This document shows positions 1 to 8,237 of a DNA stretch of 64,000 nt, one piece after another. The stretch's first letter is position 1. Each line of letters begins with the position of its first letter. Made by a program: the position numbers and the translations under genes. The DNA is taken from positions 704,001 through 768,000 of the forward strand of contig OY969622.1 in NCBI GenBank assembly GCA_963701665.1. The letters are read 5' to 3'. This stretch comes from Candidatus Babeliales bacterium. Lineage in GTDB: Bacteria; Babelota; Babeliae; Babelales; JANWKD01. The notes under the pieces are model-generated. The model ran no database searches and was not told where the DNA came from. It saw nothing but the letters and a program-made list of their open reading frames with translations.

Positions 1-55
1 CAGTTTGCCTCAAAAGTAATACAAAAGAATCAATCCAACTAATTTTCAATTTCTT

Positions 56-92
56 AAAGCCTTTAGCACGATAATTTGCTAAAGGCTTTTTT
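56..92. terminator. Intrinsic terminator-like hairpin downstream of ftsW, probably bidirectional
   Basis: AAAGCCTTTAGCA (56-68) / TGCTAAAGGCTTT (77-89) inverted repeat followed by T-run. Confidence 0.7.
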
Positions 93-215
93 AATAAGTA
101 TCCAAGTTAATATTCAGCTCTCGAAACACTGTCTGGATGTGCTGTAACGTAAAATTAATAGTCAAAATATCGTTCCTGAATGAATCCACTATATGATGCT
201 CAGAATGACATTATA

Positions 216-1316
216 TTAATAATCATCATGAACAATATTCATGATCAATCCGACCATAAACATGCAACAAATCAATGATGATTTTCCATAGCTGACAAAG
301 GGAAGGCCAATTCCTTTGGTGGGCGCAAGTCCAGTAGTTACCGCTAAATTTATGATGGTTTGTAATGAGATGAGGGTGATGAATCCTGTGCACACTAAGA
401 TGCCAAAAGGATTTTTTAATTGCCATGCAATACGCATGCCGCAATATAAAAAAAGTAAATAAAGGGTGATTAAGAGTAGTGAACCGACAAAGCCGGTTTC
501 TTCGGCAATAATTGAGAAGATAAAATCAGTATGTTGCATGGGCAGATAGAAGAATTTTTGTTTGGAATGAGAAACGCCGATGCCAAGCCAACTTCCTGAT
601 CCGATTGCAATAAGTGATTGAATAATTTGAAACCCGGCGCCCTGCGGATCATTCCATGGATTTAAGAAGGTTATGACTCGTTTCCAACGATAGGGCCGTA
701 AATAAATCAGCATTGCCAAGGTAGGTAACAAAGTAAGTAACGTTATGAAAAGATATTTGACGCTAAATTGTACTAGAAAATACATGATGCATGCTGTAAT
801 GACAACCGTAACGGTCATGCCAAAATCGGGTTGTTTTAATAGTACCCATGCGACAAGGCACATGATACCGACAAAAGGCAAAAATTTATTTTTGAATTTC
901 AGCGAAGTTTCTTTGGTAAGCCAATAAGAAAGATATAAAATTAATGAAATTTTTAAAAGCTCGCTCGGTTGAAAGGTCAGGCCAAAGAGTGTGAGCCAAC
1001 GGCTTGAACCATGAATGTGTTCTGCCAAGGTAGGAATTAACGTGAGGGCAGTTAGTGCAAGCGAGGCACAAAAAAAATAGGGGCTGGTAATTTTCAAAAA
1101 TTCGAGCGGTACTAAACGGCCAATAATAAGAGCACATACACCAAGCAAAATACCAATAATCTGTTTTTTTACAAAAAAGGTGGCCGAGCCAAATTTTTCG
1201 AGTGCAAATACGGAACTTGATGAGTAAATAAATAATAGGCCAATGATGGTGAGCGCACCAATCACGGCCAAGAAAATTTTTAAATCAGTGTTTAATCGTT
1301 TCTGGTGACTATACAT
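216..1316 (-). CDS. ftsW: Peptidoglycan glycosyltransferase FtsW (SEDS family)
   Basis: Polytopic; motifs RW..FQPSE.LK, QPDFG, GFQIIQSLIAIGSG, LPMQHTDFIF, GLPFVSYG; near murD. Confidence 0.93.
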   Translation of the reverse strand: MYSHQKRLNTDLKIFLAVIGALTIIGLLFIYSSSSVFALEKFGSATFFVKKQIIGILLGVCALIIGRLVPLEFLKITSPYFFCASLALTALTLIPTLAEHIHGSSRWLTLFGLTFQPSELLKISLILYLSYWLTKETSLKFKNKFLPFVGIMCLVAWVLLKQPDFGMTVTVVITACIMYFLVQFSVKYLFITLLTLLPTLAMLIYLRPYRWKRVITFLNPWNDPQGAGFQIIQSLIAIGSGSWLGIGVSHSKQKFFYLPMQHTDFIFSIIAEETGFVGSLLLITLYLLFLYCGMRIAWQLKNPFGILVCTGFITLISLQTIINLAVTTGLAPTKGIGLPFVSYGKSSLICCMFMVGLIMNIVHDDY

Positions 1317-1434
1317 GCATCAAACTTTGTAATGTGGTGTATTGGTTGTACGTTCAAATTACTATGATGCATGTACCGTGTCAATTGAATTGAGGCAATC
1401 AGTAAACTAAGGTATTAACATAAGAAGTTATATA

Positions 1435-2049
1435 TTATTGCTCACCTTTTTCGCCGCTAATTGCGCTTGAAAGTTTTGAAAGATATTCTTTAGATTCGGC
1501 TTGAAGAGCTAATAAAGTCTCTTTAATTATTACCAAATCCTCTTTAATTGAAGATATATCACAATCATTCTTAAGTTCTATCTTAAATTTTAGGTGTTCT
1601 ATTTTAGTAGATAATAATTTCAACATACTATCATAATGTCTAATTTCTTCAGCAAAAGGATATTGTTTCGTATCTTCTTTGTTATCGTTGATATTTGTCT
1701 GAAGAAGTTCTAAATCAACCTTAATTTGTTTTAAAGTATTCTGCTCAGCAACTCTTTTTGCGAAGTTAAAACAAAGAAGACTCCCGATACCAAGTGCAAC
1801 TGGAATGACTAACGCTTTTCCGGTTTCAAGAGCTGGATGAGAAGAAATCGTGTTTTGATAAGCAATTGCAGCGCCACTACCAATACTTGCTAGCAAACAC
1901 GCGCTTCCTGCAATTGACCATGCATTTTTAACTAAAGAATGTGCTGTTGATGAAACTTTTTCTTTTATAGATCTAAAAGAAAATTCTGCATGTGCAACAG
2001 GCGCTAAGCCAAAAAGCAGTACGCTTGAGAATAAAACTAATTTTTTCAT
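1435..2049 (-). CDS. Hypothetical exported/membrane protein with C-terminal coiled coil
   Basis: GGAGG SD, signal peptide (AHA), two hydrophobic segments, heptad-like tail. Confidence 0.7.
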   Translation of the reverse strand: MKKLVLFSSVLLFGLAPVAHAEFSFRSIKEKVSSTAHSLVKNAWSIAGSACLLASIGSGAAIAYQNTISSHPALETGKALVIPVALGIGSLLCFNFAKRVAEQNTLKQIKVDLELLQTNINDNKEDTKQYPFAEEIRHYDSMLKLLSTKIEHLKFKIELKNDCDISSIKEDLVIIKETLLALQAESKEYLSKLSSAISGEKGEQ

Positions 2050-2204
2050 ATAACCTCCAAATAATAGCGTGGCTCTATAAATACCACGTATTATAAAAAA
2101 TAGCAGAAATTATAGAAAAATCAAATTCAATCTGTAAAATAAGTCTTTTAAAACAGGGCAAATCCAGGTTCAAATGTCGCATAATCCTTAATTATGACAA
2201 TTCC

Positions 2205-3605
2205 CTATAAAAGCGAGGTTTCTTGGAGCTTTTCAACGAGTTTTTTAAAGTAGTTTCCTCGTTCTTCATAGTGGGAAAACAGGTCAAAACTAGCTCCGCT
2301 CGGGGAAAAAAGGATCTGCTCGCCGGGTTGCGCGTGCGCCACAGCCGTGTGGAATGCCTCGTCTAGGGAAGAAAACGCGTGGCAGGGAATGTGAGCGGCA
2401 GCGGCACCTTGCCCGAGGGAATTGGCTTCGGCGCCGAAACAATATACGGTTTTAACGAGGTTTTTTAGCTCTTTGAACGCGTGCGAACGGTCAACACCCT
2501 TGCTTATACCACCCATAAAAAGAAGGATAGGTTTTCCTTGCAGTTTTTTGACGGCTGCCAGGGTGGCTTCAATGACCGTCCCTTTGGAATCATTAAAGAA
2601 ATCGACCCCTTTAATTGAGGCAATTTTTTCAACCCGATGCGAGGGCAATGTAATAGTTGCAGCAGTTTTTAAAGCAGTTTGTGGGATACCAAGCAATGAA
2701 AGGCTGGCAGAAATTGTAAGCCAATTTTGTGCAAAAGTAAGCGAGGGTAGTTCTGTTATGTTAACGAGTGCATGTTGTGTTGAGGGGGTTGCCTGTATAA
2801 CATGATTATCTTCAATCCAGAAATAGTGAGCGTTCGGAAATTCTTGGTGATACAGTTCACGCGGTTTTTGTTCACTAAAAAAATGAATATTGTTGCGAGG
2901 GTTTGCAAACGCGCGTTTGAGCTGTGGAGCGAGGGCAATAGGAACGAGCGCGTGTTGATGCGGCTGTTGGCGGGCAAGAATCATATATTTTGCATTAAAA
3001 TAGCTCTCAATTGTTTCGTGCCTATCAAGATGATTGGGATAAAAATTTGTCCAAATTGCTAAATCCGGTGCAAAGGCGTTGCAATATTCTAACTGGAAAC
3101 TGGAAACTTCTAGTAACGCGCCATCAGCGGCATCTTTTTGATCAAGCAATGAAAGCATGCCAGTGCCGATATTGCCGCCCGTGAGCATTTTTTTGTGTGG
3201 CGCTAAAATTGATGAAAGAAGATGCGTGACACTCGTTTTGCCTACAGTGCCTGTGATCGCGATGATTGGTTTTTTAAATTCTTGAAAAAACAGATCGAGT
3301 TCAGTGATAAATTTATGTCTATAGATGGCAAAAGGGTGAAGATCAATGCCAGGACTTGCCAAAATATAATCATGATTATGCAAAAACGATTCATAATCTT
3401 TTTGTAGGACAAAGGTGCTGTGATATTTTTCAAGGAGGTGTGCATTTTCAGAGGATACGGGTTTTGCATCCATGATCGAGGTTGTATAGCCGCGTTGTGC
3501 AAAATAGTGCAATGCAGTTTTGCCCACAATGCCAAAGCCCCAAATGCCAATTTTCTTTGTATTCATAAAGGTTTTTATTGAAAAATTTTTTATAGGGTGT
3601 ACCAT
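2205..3605 (-). CDS. murD: UDP-MurNAc-L-Ala:D-Glu ligase (start possibly 3566)
   Basis: SPGI, AITGTVGKTSVT, GGNIG, LEVSSFQL, HLDRH, NDSKGT, SGASFD. Confidence 0.95.
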   Translation of the reverse strand: MVHPIKNFSIKTFMNTKKIGIWGFGIVGKTALHYFAQRGYTTSIMDAKPVSSENAHLLEKYHSTFVLQKDYESFLHNHDYILASPGIDLHPFAIYRHKFITELDLFFQEFKKPIIAITGTVGKTSVTHLLSSILAPHKKMLTGGNIGTGMLSLLDQKDAADGALLEVSSFQLEYCNAFAPDLAIWTNFYPNHLDRHETIESYFNAKYMILARQQPHQHALVPIALAPQLKRAFANPRNNIHFFSEQKPRELYHQEFPNAHYFWIEDNHVIQATPSTQHALVNITELPSLTFAQNWLTISASLSLLGIPQTALKTAATITLPSHRVEKIASIKGVDFFNDSKGTVIEATLAAVKKLQGKPILLFMGGISKGVDRSHAFKELKNLVKTVYCFGAEANSLGQGAAAAHIPCHAFSSLDEAFHTAVAHAQPGEQILFSPSGASFDLFSHYEERGNYFKKLVEKLQETSLL

Positions 3606-3656
3606 TTTTAAGAGAAAACAAGTATACCAAGTATATTTTTACATCAAAAGGTTTTT

Positions 3657-3959
3657 ATGAAGTTGTTTTTTAACGTACTTCTTTTGCTAGGCTTTTTCTG
3701 TGCATTACAAGGTATGGAAAAAAAAGAAGGTACGCTGAGGCGAAAAAAATCTGAAGATGGATCAATTGCCTATATCCAGCGGACGAGCGATGAAATAACT
3801 TTCGCAGAAAAAAAAGGAAAAAAAGGTAAAGAAACCTTTGAGGGTTATAAACGTCCAATCAAAGAAACTCAAGACAAGAGTAATTCTTTAAGCGAGGAAG
3901 AAAAAGCAAAGCTTTGGCATGAATTGCATGCAAAATATGAAAAAAATCTGCAACATTAA
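3657..3959 (+). CDS. Small exported protein, paralog family member 1
   Basis: Signal peptide ending LQG-M; similar to 3985 and 4334 ORFs. Confidence 0.7.
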   Translation: MKLFFNVLLLLGFFCALQGMEKKEGTLRRKKSEDGSIAYIQRTSDEITFAEKKGKKGKETFEGYKRPIKETQDKSNSLSEEEKAKLWHELHAKYEKNLQH

Positions 3960-3984
3960 AAAAAATAACAGCAAAAGGGTTTTC

Positions 3985-4305
3985 ATGAAATTGTTTTTTC
4001 GAGTAGTTCTTTTACTTGGTTCTTTTTCATTAAGGGGAATGTCGAATGAAGCAACTATTGAACGATTGATGTCACCAAGCGGCACTTGTGTAGCGTATTG
4101 TGGCAAAATCGATTCAAAAAAAACTTATATACAAAAAGTTCAGGAAGGTGCCAACGAGCGTTTTGTGGGTTATATAGAAGCTAGCGATGGTACAAGAAAT
4201 ATTTATCGTAACAACATGAGAACAAAAGAACTATGGCATACGTTCGATTCTCTTTATGAAATATTACATCACATTGACTTGCTAGATCGTACATTAAAGA
4301 AGTAG
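3985..4305 (+). CDS. Small exported protein, paralog family member 2 (start MKLFFRVV at 3985)
   Basis: N-terminus MKLFF.V.LLLG.F.L.GM and upstream DNA nearly duplicate those of 3657. Confidence 0.7.
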   Translation: MKLFFRVVLLLGSFSLRGMSNEATIERLMSPSGTCVAYCGKIDSKKTYIQKVQEGANERFVGYIEASDGTRNIYRNNMRTKELWHTFDSLYEILHHIDLLDRTLKK

Positions 4306-4333
4306 GGTGGTTATCAAATTAAAAGGAGTATAA

Positions 4334-4693
4334 ATGAAGTTTTTAAAGGGGATTGTCATTGCGATGTTGATGTCAGCTGAACTATCTGCAATGGACAGCA
4401 ACCAATGCGGAACGATAGGAAAAAATCCTGATCGGGGTGATGGTGTTGTAACGTATAATAGAATAACTATGTTAGGCAAAAGGATTGTCGTCTCGCGTAA
4501 AGAAAAAGATGGGGAAGAATATTTTGGAGGATATTCAAATAATATTTTTGGAGGGCGGACTGAACCATTATCTTATAATCGTGCTAAAACAAAATGGTAT
4601 AAATTGCGTGATGAATGTGAAGGATTGATCAAAATGAATGAGGATGTCAAAAATCTCATGAAAAATTCACGAAGCAATGCTCAAGAAAAATAA
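4334..4693 (+). CDS. Small exported protein, paralog family member 3
   Basis: AAGGAG SD, signal peptide LSA-M, F.GY...W..L pattern shared with neighbours. Confidence 0.7.
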   Translation: MKFLKGIVIAMLMSAELSAMDSNQCGTIGKNPDRGDGVVTYNRITMLGKRIVVSRKEKDGEEYFGGYSNNIFGGRTEPLSYNRAKTKWYKLRDECEGLIKMNEDVKNLMKNSRSNAQEK

Positions 4694-4735
4694 TAAAATC
4701 TGATTATGTAGAGATAATGGCTATTTGTAAAAAGC

Positions 4736-4764
4736 TTGCAAAGCATTAAAATATCGGGCAAAAT
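4736..4764 (+). promoter_or_regulatory. Sigma70-like promoter upstream of the ileS leader
   Basis: TTGCAA-17 nt-CAAAAT. Confidence 0.45.
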
Positions 4765-4801
4765 TGAACTTAGTGTGTATTTTTAATGTAAGGATTGGCG
4801 C

Positions 4802-4891
4802 ATGTCTTTTGACCTAAAATCATGTTTTCAACTGCAAATGATGCATCAAAAATCTATCCCTATTTTCTCTTCCTTTATTATTGTGCGCTAA
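4802..4891 (+). CDS. Putative Ile-sensing leader peptide of ileS (MSFDLKSCFQLQMMHQKSIPIFSSFIIVR)
   Basis: AAGGA SD; all 4 Ile codons within the last 11 codons; stop codon in loop of 11-bp hairpin. Confidence 0.6.
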   Translation: MSFDLKSCFQLQMMHQKSIPIFSSFIIVR

Positions 4892-4922
4892 GCACAATAA
4901 TATTCTCTTTTTCATTTTTTTA
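4876..4922 (+). terminator. Attenuator-like hairpin plus U-rich tract in ileS leader
   Basis: TATTATTGTGC-gctaa-GCACAATAATA followed by TTCTCTTTTTCATTTTTTT. Confidence 0.6.
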
Positions 4923-4991
4923 TACAATTTCTGATATTCTTATAGTTCTTCTTACTTGAACTTATTGCGAATTATACGCTAAGGAAAAAAA

Positions 4992-7925
4992 ATGGCTGAA
5001 AAAAACACTGAGCAAGAAACGGGTGCCGTAAATTTTAAAGATACCTTAAATTTGCCTCGCACTGATTTTCCTATTCGTCCTGATGCCAAGCATGATGATA
5101 AAGCATTGCTTGAGCGTTGGGAACGAGAAAATCTTTTTTTTAAATCATTTATGCAGAACGAGGGAGCACAAAAATTTATTCTCCATGATGGTCCCCCCTA
5201 TGCCAATGGCAATATTCATTTAGGGACCGCCTATAATAAAATTATCAAAGATATTATTGGCAAATCGCAGCGCATGAAAGGTATGCACGCACCAATTACG
5301 CCTGGATGGGATTGCCATGGATTGCCGATCGAATTAAAAGTTACTAAAGAATTTTCTGAGTTGAAAGCGCAAGATTTAAAAAAAGCATGTCGTGAGTACG
5401 CAAAAAAATGGATTGATATACAAAAGGCTCAATTTAAAGGGCTTGGCGTTCTCATGGATTGGGATCGGCCGTATTTGACCATGAATTATGGCTACGAAGC
5501 ATCAGTGTTACGAGCTTTTGCAGATCTTGTGCAAAAGGGATATATCGAAAAAAAGAAAAAAACCGTGGCTTGGTGTTTTAATGATCAAACAGTACTTGCA
5601 TCTGCTGAAATTGATTATAAAGAACGTAAGGATCCTTCAATCTATGTTGCTTTTCGGCTTGCCTCGGATGCTGTTGCGCAATTAGTGCCATCGCTTAAAA
5701 ATAAACCAGTCAACCTACTAGTGTGGACAACAACACCATGGACATTGCCGCTCAATCGTGCGGTGCTTGTCAAACCAGAAACAGAATATAGCGTATTAGA
5801 AATCAATGATCACTATTATTGTGTTGCTTGCGCGCGCGCTGAAGCTGTATGCACGCTTTTGAATGTCCCTAAAAAAGTTGTGGCGACTATTAATTCCGCG
5901 GATTTTGTTAATGCGCGCGTGCATCATCCATTTATTGATGATTTGATGGTGCCTGTGTTGCTTGATAATTCTGTTTCAACGGACGATGGTACAGCCGTAG
6001 TGCATTGTGCGCCAGGGTGTGGGCCCATCGATTATGATGTTGCGCTTAAAAATAACCTTGAAATATTTTCACCAATTAGCCCTGATGGCAAATACACGCT
6101 TGGCATTGAACCGGCTGAATTAGTTGGTATGCCGGTAATGGACGGGCAAATTTGGGTGCTCAAAAAATTGACCGAAAAAAATGCACTCGTTTATAAAACC
6201 TCAATTCGGCACTCGTATCCTCATTGTTGGCGATGTGGCGAGGGGCTCATCTTCCGCGCGACTAACCAGTGGTTTTGTGATTTAGAACATGACAATTTAA
6301 AAGAACGCTCGCTCGATGCGATTGAAAAAATTACGTTCTTACCACCAAAAGCAATTAACTATTTAAAAGCAACGGTTGGCGGGCGTTTGGAATGGTGCCT
6401 TTCTCGCCAGCGCGTGTGGGGTGTGCCAATTCCCGCGTTATTGTGCAAACATTGTGATTATGTATATACAAATGTTGATTTGATACGCGCGGTTGCTGAT
6501 GGTGTTGAGCAACATGGCATTGAATATTGGGATACCGTTTCGCTCCATGACCTTGGTCATAAGCTTGATCATTGTCCGAACTGTAGCTCGCCAGATATAG
6601 TTAAAGAAAAAGATATTCTTGATGTGTGGTTTGATTCGGGTGTAAGCCATTATGCGGTGCTTGAACAAAATCCCCATTTAGCATTTCCTGCCGACATGTA
6701 TTGTGAAGGGGTTGATCAACATCGTGGTTGGTTTCAAAGTTCACTATTAACCAGTATGGTTATAGAAAATAAAGCCTGCACAAAAGCATTTTTGACGCAC
6801 GGATTCATTGTTGATGAGCGTGGACAAAAGATGTCCAAATCGTTAGGCAATGTTGTACTGCCAGAAGAGATTATTGAACAACTTGGCGTTGACGGTTTGC
6901 GCTTATGGGCTTCAAGTATTGATTATGGTGGTGATATTGTGGTGTCAAAAGTTGTACTCCAGAATGTTGCGCAAGTATACCGTAAAATCCGCAACACCTG
7001 CAGATTCTTACTTTCAAACTTGTATGACTTTTCCTATGAAAATGATGCACTTTCAGTGCATGAGCTTTCAGTGCTCGATCTTTTTGCATTGCAGGAATTG
7101 CATGAAGTTAATGCCGCGATTTTAGAAAAATATGCTGTCCATGATTTTACGGCGGTGTTTCATATGCTCAATGATTATTGTTCGGTGAACTTGAGTGCTC
7201 TGTATCTTGATGTGCTTAAAGATCGCTTGTATACGGAAAAAGCCCATGGTAAAGAACGTCGCGGTGCGCAAACATTGTGTTGGTTAATTTTAGATTCAAT
7301 TACCAAGGCCATGGCGCCAATTTTGTCATTTACGGCGGAACATGTTTCAGATTTTTATCAAAAAGATAAAGAGAGCTCAATCCATTTACAAAATTTTAAT
7401 AACGTGCCATCAAGTTGGTTGTTGCTTCTAGAAGAAAGTAAAAAAGAACAATCATCATCAATTCCATTACATTATCAGCCTTTTGCACAAAAAATTCAGC
7501 AAAAAGGACATGAGCTTGAACTACTTGCCATGCGCAAAAAGCAATGGGAATTTTTGCTCTCGATTCGATCAGCGCTGTTAAAAGCTATTGAACTACAGCG
7601 AGAGAAGGGACTTATCAAACACTCGTTAGAAGCTCATTTGCGCGTTTATTGTAATTTTAGTGATGAACAAAAAGAATTATTTAATGATTTTGTGAAATTG
7701 CTTGGAAAAAAGAATCAAACGCTTGAAGCTTTCTTGAAAGAATTTCTCATTGTTTCTCAAGTTACGATAGAACAACATGATCAAGGATTGATGTCATCTG
7801 AAATGCCAGGGCTTTCAGTGCTCGTTGAACATGCAAAAGGGAAGAAATGCCCTCGCTGCTGGAACTGGGATGAACACTATGATGCTGATGGTTTGTGCCA
7901 ACGGTGCCAACGAGTATTGAAGTAA
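4992..7925 (+). CDS. ileS: Isoleucine--tRNA ligase (bacterial type 1)
   Basis: LHDGPPYANG, PGWDCHGLPIE, WTTTPWTLP, DQHRGWF, KMSKS, C-terminal CPRC..CQRC zinc finger. Confidence 0.97.
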   Translation: MAEKNTEQETGAVNFKDTLNLPRTDFPIRPDAKHDDKALLERWERENLFFKSFMQNEGAQKFILHDGPPYANGNIHLGTAYNKIIKDIIGKSQRMKGMHAPITPGWDCHGLPIELKVTKEFSELKAQDLKKACREYAKKWIDIQKAQFKGLGVLMDWDRPYLTMNYGYEASVLRAFADLVQKGYIEKKKKTVAWCFNDQTVLASAEIDYKERKDPSIYVAFRLASDAVAQLVPSLKNKPVNLLVWTTTPWTLPLNRAVLVKPETEYSVLEINDHYYCVACARAEAVCTLLNVPKKVVATINSADFVNARVHHPFIDDLMVPVLLDNSVSTDDGTAVVHCAPGCGPIDYDVALKNNLEIFSPISPDGKYTLGIEPAELVGMPVMDGQIWVLKKLTEKNALVYKTSIRHSYPHCWRCGEGLIFRATNQWFCDLEHDNLKERSLDAIEKITFLPPKAINYLKATVGGRLEWCLSRQRVWGVPIPALLCKHCDYVYTNVDLIRAVADGVEQHGIEYWDTVSLHDLGHKLDHCPNCSSPDIVKEKDILDVWFDSGVSHYAVLEQNPHLAFPADMYCEGVDQHRGWFQSSLLTSMVIENKACTKAFLTHGFIVDERGQKMSKSLGNVVLPEEIIEQLGVDGLRLWASSIDYGGDIVVSKVVLQNVAQVYRKIRNTCRFLLSNLYDFSYENDALSVHELSVLDLFALQELHEVNAAILEKYAVHDFTAVFHMLNDYCSVNLSALYLDVLKDRLYTEKAHGKERRGAQTLCWLILDSITKAMAPILSFTAEHVSDFYQKDKESSIHLQNFNNVPSSWLLLLEESKKEQSSSIPLHYQPFAQKIQQKGHELELLAMRKKQWEFLLSIRSALLKAIELQREKGLIKHSLEAHLRVYCNFSDEQKELFNDFVKLLGKKNQTLEAFLKEFLIVSQVTIEQHDQGLMSSEMPGLSVLVEHAKGKKCPRCWNWDEHYDADGLCQRCQRVLK

Positions 7926-7931
7926 ATTGAT

Positions 7932-8165
7932 TTACTTGTGAGTCTTGGAGCCATTCTTTTTTTGTTCTTCCAAGTAACACAATGCGCGGAAATGATTTTG
8001 TTGAAAGGTACAAACATTAGGTGGTCTTAAAGGATGTGGTTGTACATATTGTTCTGAATTTTCTTTCATTTGCTCACGTGTCGGTTCATGTTCTTCCTGC
8101 ATGCATGCAAGGAAAGATACATTACAACAAATAGTGAGTACTGCTACAGAATAAAAGAAATTCAT
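7932..8165 (-). CDS. Small exported hypothetical protein
   Basis: AAGGGG SD before MNFFYS; signal-like segment ending LAC-MQEE. Confidence 0.5.
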   Translation of the reverse strand: MNFFYSVAVLTICCNVSFLACMQEEHEPTREQMKENSEQYVQPHPLRPPNVCTFQQNHFRALCYLEEQKKNGSKTHK

Positions 8166-8237
8166 ATGATCCCCTTTGTAATTATTTTGGTACAAAATAC
8201 TACAAAGGGGATTTATATTGTAAGAGTATGGTATTAT

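Noticed and set aside
130..212. Further RPE-like remnant (…CAGAATGAC) and CTTTCGCTAAAATTAC near 47805
   Set aside because: Too short and degenerate to support
4700..4991. T-box riboswitch before ileS
   Set aside because: No GGTGG.ACC T-box sequence or specifier stem seen; leader ORF explains region better
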